The notes under the pieces were generated by a model. That model searched no databases and was not told the DNA's origin. It was given only the letters and a program-made list of their open reading frames with translations. Below, one piece after another: positions 52,404 to 64,000 of a stretch of DNA of 64,000 nt (positions within the stretch are counted from its first letter, which is position 1; each line of letters begins with the position of its first letter). A program made the translations under genes and the position numbers. Source of the stretch: Trichoplax sp. H2 (lineage: Eukaryota); the NCBI GenBank assembly GCA_003344405.1, contig NOWV01000022.1:186001-250000 (forward strand). The letters run 5' to 3'.

Positions 52404-55400
52404 TTATTCATCAACATTCAAGTCTCTAATGTCGATTTGTGGTCCTCGATACGCCTATGAATATTAGATAAACATTTAAATGCATTACTGTAGTAAGACC
52501 TTTACTAGTTTTCGATTCGAAGTAGATACGATTTCGGTTATAGAAATACGTGTAGATATATTCTATATGATTAGTAACCGTCTTACCACTGGATCACAAT
52601 AGAAAGTGCGAGGTGGTGAAATTTCTTGGAGGTAACAAATTCTACGGAAATGACGGAAAATAATCGTTCATTTAGAAATGATATAAAATGATGAGGAGTT
52701 AGTACTGTGATAGAAAATTAATAGGCCAGGCAATTTCCTACTTATCATCCTCTGTATCCTGTAATTGATCAAATAAGAATTGATTAACTATATTTATTAA
52801 CATTCATACATACGCGTACATACATGTAGAAATAGAAAAGTATCAAGCAGTATTAAAATTATCCTTGTAATTGATAAAAGGCATAATATAAATTTAAAAG
52901 TATTAACTATCATGAAAAATCTAATTGGTAATACCATTATTTATACTATACCGTCGAGTGTTCCTCAGGATAGACATTTTCTACAGGAATATAGTAATGA
53001 CAATTTCGATTCTAATAGTATCAATATAAGGATACAAAGTTATCAAAAATAGTAAACTACCTAAAATGATAATTAAGTGGTACGAATAAGAATAGCTATC
53101 ATAAACAGAATAAATTTAATCTTGTTCTTTGCTAGCCCTAACATTATTATTCATAATTTCTTTATTGTAATTGTAAATTTTATACAAGATTCATTGAATA
53201 TAATAGTGGGAATCATATTTACGATTTTATTAGCCTAATGATAATTTTTACCAGTACATAGACAGACCTGACTAGCATTGTAAGGTGGTGCTAAAATATC
53301 AATAAATGCCGTTGGACCACTGTAATTAAGATGAAATATTAATAACTAAATAAAGAAATTCTCGTAATTTCCATAATAGTGGGCAAAACAACTTATTAGA
53401 CAGAAAACATGAAGATTCTAAATGCACTTATTGTACAACAGTATATATTGACTACCATCCTATTATAATTATCACAATGTATTAATAGCAAATTTTTTTC
53501 TTGTAAGCAATTATGGCCATAACCTAGTTTTCTCAACAGATAGAACGTTCAAATATTGTAAAATGTATGTGTTCTTTTGCTATAACAAGTAATTTATCTA
53601 AAATATTTAGCTATTATCTAAGATCGGGTACAACAAGTATTTTAATCATAGACCTGACAGCCTCGATGCTGTGATAATTATCCTGGTCACTTTGTAAGGT
53701 CTGCACTTCATCATCATCTTTAATAATATATTGTCCACTATGAATGCACTTAATTGGTTCTACCGGGTAAGAAAAGCGTAAAAATATATTTTAGTAAATC
53801 TTAAAAAGAAGGAATATATCTTCAGCCCAAGAATAAAGTTATGAATAGCACGAATATGCATACGATGTTGCCAACAGAGGCCAAAAGCTGTAATTAATTA
53901 CTTATGATAATAATTATTATTGTCAAGTATTGAATGGTTTTATTACTATGACTTTCTTAATATTAATAGGGTATAAGATTCTTATAGCTTTACTTACAGA
54001 GTAATTAATATCTTACCTATTCGACGTTGAAATTTTAATTTCATTAGGCTACGTGTATTTCCATGTAATTAGTAGATTTATCAAAAGAGATAAAATTGAT
54101 AATAATTATTAGTATAAACCTTAAATAAGATTTTAAAATTTCATCATGATATTTTTGACGTAATGAATAAGTAAGGATATTACTAATGTAAAATCGTTGA
54201 TAATTGAAAGTTTCGTACCTTGTTCGCGCACATCCACCGCTGTCAAGGCGATCATATGACGTAATTTTCGCTTTTCCATATAATACTTTACTAGTATGAT
54301 CAGAGTTTGGAAGAATTAGACTAAATCTAGTTTGTATTTTTCCTATGATAAGCCGTTTGGTAGTGTATATCATCCGTCATGCTTGAAGCAAGGAAGATCC
54401 GGTACTTCAAGTAGAACTAATTTTTATACGCTAGAACTTTTCATCTTGACACAAACAGGTCCAATCTGCATTCACTTACATTAAACCAGTCATTTCAGGA
54501 TGATCGTGGAGTGGAACAGAACACTTTTCACGGACTATAAAAACACACAAGTTAAAATATTGACATTCGTGAATTGCTATATAGCCAGCTGGAGCTCCAT
54601 GGGGCCTAAGTAAGAATGCATCGAGTGCTTCTTCTAAAGCAATATCTTTAGCTCGTAATCCAGTTAGCTAAGTTAAACATCAGAAACACATTATTAATAT
54701 ACTGTACAACAAAATTGTCAGTGAAGTCAATTAGAAATGTTCATCATTTAGTATTTATAAGTATTCATCCGTAACTCTTATATATATATATATATAATCG
54801 CCATGCTTATTCTTCTCAAGAAGGAGCCGATAGGCATATTATAGATTTACAATATCCGTAAGAATACAGTATTCATGTATCATTTAGAATAAGTTGTTCA
54901 GCTTGTGATTAGTATCATAACGTCATAATTCTCGTTGGATATACATCATAAATTTAATCTTTTTGTAAATTAGCTAATCTATAAGTGGCAATATTGGTTT
55001 CCATACAGATACTGGATACATTACGTAAGAGAAATAGACCTGCGCTTTAATTTCGATAGAAGAGAATTGGATTAGATGGAAAGTCTACATTTAGTGCATC
55101 TGCAAGTATTCCTTAAGATAACTCATAGCCCAAGTTGGGTGCGAAAAAATTCAGAGTAATCATTTCGATGAAATAGTAGAATCGGTTTAGAAAATCTGAT
55201 CGACAGGCATATGATGCTCTTTAATATCATTAGTAGCAAAATTTGCAGTAAAGTCCAATGTACTCGAATCGACTATGATTGAAAGTTGCCGATTCAGCTG
55301 AAGAATCTGATGTAAACGTTAGTAGTACAGCAGGTAAAGTCATATACTCTGAAGGGAGCTAGTTACGCAACAAGGTAATTTACTACGATTGATGTTTTCA

Positions 55401-55570
55401 GTTAGCAGAAAACTTCACGATCAACATGAAGGAAAATTCTTCGTTAAATTGTTCAAATCGAATGAAAGACTAACCAGTGTACTCAACTTGTGATAATTGG
55501 CTGTATAGCTATCAGATCTGGAAAATGTTTTGTAAGCTTGCTTGACAATTCGATGAATTAAGGCCGACAT
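52404..55570 (-). CDS. ADO: 2-aminoethanethiol (cysteamine) dioxygenase / N-terminal cysteine oxidase, 9 coding exons
   Basis: Exon 55570-55475 MSALIHRIVKQAYKTF; 54667-54480 ...VPLHDHPEMTGL; then KVLYGKAKITSYD, DNYHSIEAV, GPTAFIDILAPPY, NRNCHYY (53011-52952), a 17-nt exon 52758-52742, ICYLQEISPPRTFYCDPV, and AYRGPQIDIRDLNVDE* (52454-52404). The three metal-binding His residues and the CHYY motif are present. Confidence 0.93.
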
Positions 55571-56841
55571 TTTGATCTTATTATCTTTCACTTGATCCGG
55601 TTAGCAAATAAGCCAACTGCACTAGCTACTAATACTACGATCTATAAGAATAATGAATAAACAGGATAGAGCAATCGAATCTCAATCATAAACTATGAGA
55701 GTAGAAAAACCTTTTTAGTTACGCTTAAGAGAAGATCTCTTCCTGATTGCTGAATGATTTGGATCTACTGTACTGTACTTCTTAACGACTATAGTATAAG
55801 CTATATTAGTACTGAGATATGAGAGTTTAAAGCCATATTGTAGCTATATTATGTCATAATTTATGCGATCTGGTATGGGGGCGTCTTGCTGAGGAGTGCT
55901 ATTGGTATAGTCTGATATCATGGATAGAGTCTCCAACTCCATAATGAATTAGTACTTATAATATAGGCTCAGTATTTCTTTGCCTGTAGTATGCTTATCA
56001 AGCTACGTCTATCTACAATAAAACCTACAGCAACTTAATATTAGATGCTGTAATCATCTGTAGCTTTCTTTTTGAGCTTAAGGATAGGTTTACCTATGAT
56101 AAATGCCAGTCAATATGTTTAAATTCCTAAAATAAATACAAGCGCAGCACACACATATCCAGCATAACACTTGTGAACTGCTCAATGGATTCTTTAAACT
56201 CAATGGACGGTTTCTGATTACTAAAAGTAATATATTTAGACATGGGATCAGAAACGATACTGTACTTCACAGCTTCGGTTAATGTATCATGGAAGATACG
56301 GATAATTAACAGCAATAATATTTCTAGCGCGGTATGATTATGAACTAAATCCGAACATGGATACGTCTTATATAGTCAAATACGTACAGCAACTCCAGTT
56401 TTAGTCACACGCAAGAATGATTTGTTAAGGTTTTATTATTTCATTTGCATCTTCAAATACAGAAAGCTTGATAGCCAGAATCAATCATACGGCTAGTAGT
56501 CCTGAATAATAGTTTTTTTGCCATCAATTTTTCATATTGCGTCCAGTCGCTCTCATAATGTTGTATATAGCATCTTAATACTAATTATATGACAAACAAT
56601 ATTTATTTCTATACACAGTTTTAGACAAATGCATCTTTTTTAGAAAAAGCTCAATGATGATACTGTACAAAGCTAAAATATCTCATTATATATGAATACA
56701 GAAACGACAGCGCTCTATTTTTTTTATTATACATTAAATGCCTTTCCTAATTTCAGAAAATAGAGTATGATTTCATACCGAGGCAAGACATAAACTAGCC
56801 GTCGTATGTATGAGTATTGTATCACTATCTATACACATTGA

Positions 56842-59800
56842 TTATTGAATAGTACAAATTTTCTTTACTTCCGCATCTACATCATCTTCTTCATCTGGAA
56901 AAACAACTGCTTCCTTTTCAGAGAAATCTGGGATAACCTTATCGCATAACAAATCCTCACGTTCGTAAAACAATAAGTAAGGAGACTCCTCCGAAACACG
57001 TTCAGGCGTAGTTTCCTTAATTCAGTAATTCATAGAGAAGTAATCGTCAAGATCCAAATTCAATAAATTGTTAATATTACTCATCAATCGATCATAATTC
57101 TAAATACCTTGCAACTACTGTCGTTGAAAATGTACCATTTATTATTCGGATTTTTCGCAAACGATACGTAATGGCCGCCGCCAAGTATTCCCGAGTGACT
57201 CTAATTACGTCAATAAAATAATAATTCATAGTTTACTAAAATATAAACAGTACGCGTATGGGGTATATCGTGAATACCTACCGCTATTGCGTAAAGATTA
57301 TACAGCGGACGCTTTTCAATACCACTCGTGGCACCTTCAACTGAAATTTCAGCTGCATCGTCAGCTTTAATGTGATTCGTATCATTGCATTCACTATCTT
57401 TTTCTTTATCATCGTTTTCTTTTACGTTATCTTTTACTTCGTTACGTAAGTCGTTATTGTCAACAGATTGCTCATTATCGCTAGTTATTGTCTCTGAAAC
57501 TTCAAGTATTTCGTTTGAGTCAAGATTAGCATCGGATGTACTTGGCGATTCTACATTTGCATCTGATCCACTACCATGGGAATTATGCATTGTATCTTCA
57601 TTGTTATGCTCTTCCGATGTTAATTTTTCAGTATTAGCGTTCGGATTGTGACTGTCTGCTAAAGATATAATTTCAGAACTTGCAAATGTTGCTTTGTAAG
57701 AATCATCATGTCCGACCACGTATTTATATGGATCCATATTCATAAGCGGGAATTTAACATTCTTCTGCGATTTGATCCAACGACCCGCAACAAACTGAAA
57801 TCGTTTCATGTGTACAATCTATAGCATTATGGAACTCAATAAGTTAGATTTCATATAATATTATTTCTTAAAATATGTGAGACAATAGACAAAGAATCAC
57901 TATAGTAACTTAATTACCAGTATAGGAGGGAGTTTCCATATTTCTAGCTTCTTAGTAGCTACTCGATGTTGCTTGCATTTTGAACAATACCTTTGTTACA
58001 TAGTTATACCGCGATATCATGTAGGACATAAAAAAAATAAAATATGATATCTGTTAGATATATTTGCAAATCTTTTACTTCCATTCTTTGCTAGTAAATA
58101 TACCATGATTCATCTTCTCCAAGCTCTTCTTCTGATGTAAACGCTCTTAAACATTTATCTAAGTCGATAGGCTGAGAAAGTTGCTGACGGCTAATCTCAA
58201 CGCTTTCGTGACAGATTGGCTATGACAAATTTAAGTAACGTATAGTTATTTACATATTACGGCAACTTATTACAGTAGCGTTCATCACATCGAACAATGT
58301 TTCGCTTTACCTTTTCCTGTGACGACTGATAGCGAAGATGTAGAGCAGTTGGATCCCAATCAATAGCTAAATATCCACTCTTATAGTTAAATTTTTCATC
58401 ATTACATTCTAATTTGCAACCATGACAAAATCTAAATAACAAGTTCATGAAGGTTGCTGTTAATATGACATCTTTGTATAGAATTACTATAATTAAAATC
58501 ATAACTTTACTTCTGCCACAAACATTGGGCGCAACCATATCCGTCTTTCTGCACAATCTTCAGTTCAAATGGGTACATCGAAGATCCACTCAGACTACTA
58601 CAAAACACAATGGGAATTTGTTAAGCTAATATATAGTGTAGTTTTCTTGTGAAATGAATTTTAGAGGTATACCTTCTAGAACTGCCGCCGTTACGTTCTA
58701 CAGGAGTAACCAATCGCTGAACTTGCACCCAAACAAAAGCATATAGATCTGAATTTAAAGTATTCGGTTGGCAAGATATTATTACAGGCACTCCGAATAG
58801 ACCAGGCAACTGAGATTGCCAAGCTAGGTAATACACATCCATTCTCATCTAAATAATACAAATACATAATGATGAGAAATGAAATTTACGCTAAATAAAT
58901 TCAAATTTATCATAGTACGTTACCATTTTACGATTCATTGCTACAACATAATTGCCATGAGGAAATTTTATCGCTTCATGACCGCTACTATCATCAATAG
59001 ATGGGCTGCTTGAAGTGCAATCAAAAATTATACCCCTATCTTTTGAAATTTTTGTCACATCATGATCGCTATCATTGCTTGATAAAGGATCATCTGCAGT
59101 AGGAATGAGCTCGTTCTTACAACTGGAGGATGTTGCTTCTTCACTATCCACATCTGTAATATCATTGGTTGATTTATTGTCAATCTCATTGGTTGATTTA
59201 TTGTCGATCTCATTGGTTGCCTCTGGTGATGAGGCTTCAACTACCTCTACAACTGTAGGCGATGAAGAGAAAGATTCGTCTACTGGAAGATCAATCTCGT
59301 AAATGTATAATAAACCCATAAAACCAGAGCGAATTTTTTCTGTATCTAATACGAAATTTTTAACTTGAGCACCAAAAAGCTCAACTAACAACATTTGGGA
59401 TGGCTCCAGTTGGGTATAATCCATCAATGCTACTTTTACGTCATAGTATCTTCCTTCGCTATTTAAACAAAGACCATACTTCGTATGAGTAGAACCATCC
59501 ATATTTACAACAGTAACCTCTATAAAGATACTATTATCCATTGGTAATGGTAAGGATAGAAATGTAAAAGGATCAAATGTGACACTAGCATGATCGCAAG
59601 TTTTGCATGCGACAGCACTCCTTAATTGACCATGAAATAGATCAACAACGATAGACTTGTTACGCTTGATATGGTTTTCCCAGGCTTCCAGAGCTACTTC
59701 TTCATCGCTTCTACCATCACTATCTTTCAGCTCTACATATGGCTTATCGTGTACACGATTGAGGTCTTCGTGTAATCCATCCAAAAGGAAGCTAAGTAAT

Positions 59801-62800
59801 TCTTGAGAATCTTGCTGTTGAAAGCCATTAAATCTTGGAGCGTACTTACAGATAGTAAGCCTCATCTTTAACGGTACAAATGATCGCGTATTGCCACTCC
59901 ATAATTCCTGAATTAATTCCCCATAACGCTTAGCAATAATACCTTTCATTCCTAAAGGATTTACACGATTGATTTCGTGTAGATGAGCTTGCTTTACAAA
60001 ATATTTAGTTAGGGCTTGAGTGTTGCTAACGCATTGCAACGCAGAATTCATGAAACAAGTATTGCCCATATTGCTCAACCCTGTAACACCTTTCTCTGTT
60101 TTTGCAACAATCCGCATATCCTTTTCTTTACCTCGCTTGGCAAGCTGATACATCTCTTCTGGCCAAGTCATATCAATATTTCGAACTTCAATAAGGACTT
60201 GTTGGCCGTCTTCTAACTTCAACTCTTCTATTGTAGCCTGCTCATCTTCTAATAATTGTGGATAATCTTCATTGCTATAGTTCCATAAGCGAAGGTCCTC
60301 CACTTTCATCCTTAATCGAGCACCTAGAAATTCAAGGACTTGCTTTAAAGTGTTCTTACGACTGTAGCATGCGGTATAAGCTAGGTATTTTCTTGGAATT
60401 GATTCATTCGTATTGACAGAAGCTACTCCAAAACCACCGAAACCACCAAATGTTATTCCAGAAAATCCGGTGACGGTTGACCATAGGCTTGAAGAATTGC
60501 TATTTCGATTTGGTGAGGTATGCCTTAAAATTTTAACACAAATCGGATATAATTCTAATTCGGCTTTTCCATCTTTGTTGGTAGTAACCTGTGACAATTT
60601 AATGGCATGTTAAAGATACATTATATATATCCGTTCAAAAATTGGGCTCGAGTATCTTTGGTATACCCAAATAAGAATGCGATGATATCCTTGAAAATCA
60701 AAAATTAACTTACATGTCTAGGTAGCGATAAGTTACAACCATACCACTGACATAGCGCTTTGAATACAGCCTCTGGAAGTAGTTGATAATCACGTCTAGG
60801 TATAAGGTTGACGTTCTTTTTTAATCTTCCCCCTTCATTTGTTAGTGTGGGGATCTATGATGGTCAGAAAATAAACGTAAAGATTAATTTTGTAGGTTAA
60901 CGAATCATTCATTCATTAAAATGTGTATATCTAAAATATTCTGATACTCACTCTCCTATTGGGCGATTCAACAAGGCATAGATTATCAATAAGCCCAGGA
61001 GCTGGTAGGATACTATTTAGATTAACAGGGCGTTGATTAAATGTTTGTGATGAATGTGATTTACTATATAAAGATAGTCATTACATATAGTTAGTAAACT
61101 AGCATATAACAAGAAATTGATGTTTATAACGTCAAATATATCTAACCTTAAAGGTCGATTATTAGCAGGATTTCCTAAACATTGATCAAAAGGGAATAAA
61201 TACCTTAGTATTAAGCAATTCCAATATTAAATAAAAACTGTGAATATTTTTACCGTTCCGATTAAGTGGAGGCATACTCAATTTGCTTGATGACAAAGCT
61301 TTGGTATGGTTGCTCTGTTTCTATTAAACGATAACATAAGTATATTAAAGAACTATACGCTGTCGAAATTTTTTATTTATGCACGGAACACGATACAGTA
61401 TTACATAATAGTTCTTCTACTTACACTTGCTCCAACATATTCCAACCAGTTTCGCCACCATGACATTGAAACTAGATACCATATGTCATTCGATTTAAAG
61501 CCATGACGATTAGCTCGATCAAGCCAACCCCTAGTAACAACCAACATAATGCATTTAGCTACAATTATCGTAGCTGTAAATTCTAAATCTAAAAAGTATT
61601 TAGATTGTAACTTACACGATTACTTGCTTTTCTTTTTCTCGCGTAAGTGGTAATACCCCTAGAACTATGTGACCAACCTATAGAAGAAAAGATTATTGAG
61701 TGTTAATTACAACTATAAGCTGAAGGTACATGGTGCCAGCTTTACCGTAACTTTCATAGAATTTCTTAACTACTATCAATATCAATATATACCTGTTGCA
61801 GCAGACTCTGTAGTTCTTTTGTATATTGGCTAGTTATCATCCAGAGGTGAAATTCTTCAATTGTAATGCAATCATCCTAATTAAGTGTGATCATCAAAAA
61901 TATATTATTAAGGTATGCATTATAAATATGAACATCCATTTTCCATTGGGATAGTATTACAACTGATTAAAGCTGTAATGTAAATTGGACTGATATTAGT
62001 TACAAACCTCATCACTATCGTAGTGATGTAAAATCTCAGTAACCATGGATTTTGCAGTTTCTCGTAAGCTATCTACAGGCTAAAGCATTTATGAGAAAGT
62101 TGAGTTGAGAAGAGCGCATAACTAAATATAATCAATGCTTTTGCGTTACTTTTGGATTAGGGGACGCCGAACGTTCACGAATTTCCAATAACACTAATGC
62201 CATATCACAGAGTTCACTTTTAGACAGGAGATCATCATGATCAACGTCAAAGATTTGAAAGCAAACTAAAAATGAAAAGCAACGACTATAACACGGATTG
62301 TACTCTTCAACATACAATATAATATAATTAGTTCATACATTTTCGCTTTTCGTTATGCGGCCCTCGGCACAACGATGATAGTCCACAAACCATCTCTTTA
62401 AAATCGATATGGCCATCATCATTTTCATCAAATGCAGTGAAAAGCCCTATCGTGTCATCGCAACAAAGCATATACGATATTAATTTTCGAGTACAACATT
62501 TACTGATAAGTGAGTAAAATTTAGGTAACGATAGAGCGTAAAAGGCTGAGTTGAATATAATACAGATAGCGATCATAATATTCAAGTATACAAAATAGAA
62601 GTTACTTTGGAATAGTTAACAGCTGAATAACGTACCTTTAGTTAAAGATTCAGGAAGTGGAGGGCAAACAAAGCGACTAAAGGTCTCTAGATCAAATTTG
62701 CCAGATTTAGAGCAGTTTTTTAGAGCCCAGTATTTTTTTTCCAGTTCCATAACGTCCTTTTCCGTAACTAAGAGAGGTAAAGCATCAAAGGCAGCATTTT

Positions 62801-64000
62801 TATTCACCTATACTATTGTGATTATCTTACCTACTAAGAGAAATAGCAGTGAAAACCAAAAATTACTTACAATGAGTGATACTTGCTACTGATTGATAAA
62901 ATGTTGGTGTAGCACTTGTATCAGTGAGTGTTATTTTGCTATTATCATATAGTAGCCAAGATGACAGTTGTATGGCTTTGGGATTAAGAGATATCCATTG
63001 ATAGAATTGATCGAAGGTAATTCTATCTCCCTTTACAAAAATAACATATAATATTACGTACAGATTTAAGTTACTTTAGCTTTGCTATTGTAGTTAATCG
63101 CTAAAAATGTAAGTCAATCTCTGATTACTTCGCTAGTAATTTACTCATGCATATTAAAATTTATGAAGCACCATACGAACTACTGTATAGTTGTAATAAT
63201 AAATATAGTTAACAAAGTGTGTAATACCTCTCCTTAAAAATTTCACTTATGTGCTGTACAGTGCCTGCTCGGTATCACTGTACTCTTTTTATTAAAGATT
63301 TTTTGACTTACATGTGAGAAATTACGAAACATCGAATCAGGAACATGGGAATCGCAAGCTTTAATAGTATTTTCCAAGTAGTATTTAGATATACTAGAAC
63401 CGCCATCAGTGTTGAACGCATTGAAAATAACTACATCGACGATTAAAAAGGGAGTTCTAATGAGATTACAGCTTAGAAGTAATTAGTCAACTTACATATA
63501 TAATTATATCAATTTACACCAGTTAATGGTTACGGGCTGTAGTTACATAGATTAGGCTAACGCAATTAAAGCGTACGACATAAAAAAGAATGTTGAATAT
63601 GTAAATGGTCAAATACAAACATTTAGTTCTTTCTTCATGACTCCCTTGCGTGATGACCAGTAAACCACTCAATAGATCTTTAAAATGAATTCCCTTGCTA
63701 GTCCCACCAAAAGCAATGTACATCAACTGGTAAAAATTAAAAATTTGATCGCTTAAGTCAGTCTTTACTGTAATCATAGCGATTGTAATTACTGATGTAA
63801 AAATAGATTAAAGCTATCAATTTATAAATGTTGTGCATGTCGCCATTTACCAGAGAAACTAATTTTCACTTCATTTTCATTTAATATAGCTCATTACATT
63901 CAATACTTTCACGGCTAAGGAAGCAATAAGTGAATGTCGCGTCAATCCCGCCGAAATATGCAACAAATCGCCCATAAGGTAACAATTTAGTATGACTCAA
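56842..64000 (-). CDS. USP32: Ubiquitin-specific protease 32 (EF-hands, DUSP, USP domain, CaaX); 5' end beyond the window
   Basis: EF-hands [13 protein letters not shown] and [33 protein letters not shown]...PGLIDN; Cys box [17 protein letters not shown] in the large exon 60588-58924; His box [28 protein letters not shown]-terminus KKICTIQ*. Confidence 0.94.
59162..59219 (-). repeat. 24-bp in-frame coding tandem repeat (TNEIDNKS, ~2.4 copies) in USP32
   Basis: On the + strand TCATTGGTTGATTTATTGTCrATC repeats. The protein reads [20 protein letters not shown]. Confidence 0.9.

Noticed and set aside
57385..60613. Plus-strand ORFs overlapping USP32
   Set aside because: Antisense shadows of the real coding exons.

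Overview
AT-rich, intron-dense eukaryotic DNA with short GT-AG introns and metazoan-type genes. The style suggests an early-branching animal such as a placozoan, but this is inference only. Seven protein-coding genes were reconstructed by hand. In order: the 3' part of a Rab24-like GTPase (+); an unnamed ~281-aa protein with an N-myristoylation motif and an IAP-type RING but no BIR (+); an intronless ANKUB1 (+); TRIM37 (-); CDC45 (+, head-to-head with TRIM37); ADO (-); and USP32, truncated at its 5' end by the window edge (-). Non-coding points of interest include a probable U12-type intron in CDC45, a perfect 31-bp palindrome between two YY1-like motifs in a spliced minus-strand exon at ~11 kb, and TACAG/CTGTAC clusters plus an identical 11-mer (ACTCTGGCGGT) shared by two putative promoters. 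There is also a 3-copy repeat in the TRIM37/CDC45 intergenic region and a ~4-kb patchwork of diverged 100-150-bp tandem repeats upstream of ANKUB1. No CRISPR array, rRNA, tRNA or recognisable transposase was seen. Exon borders were read by eye and may be off by a few bases.
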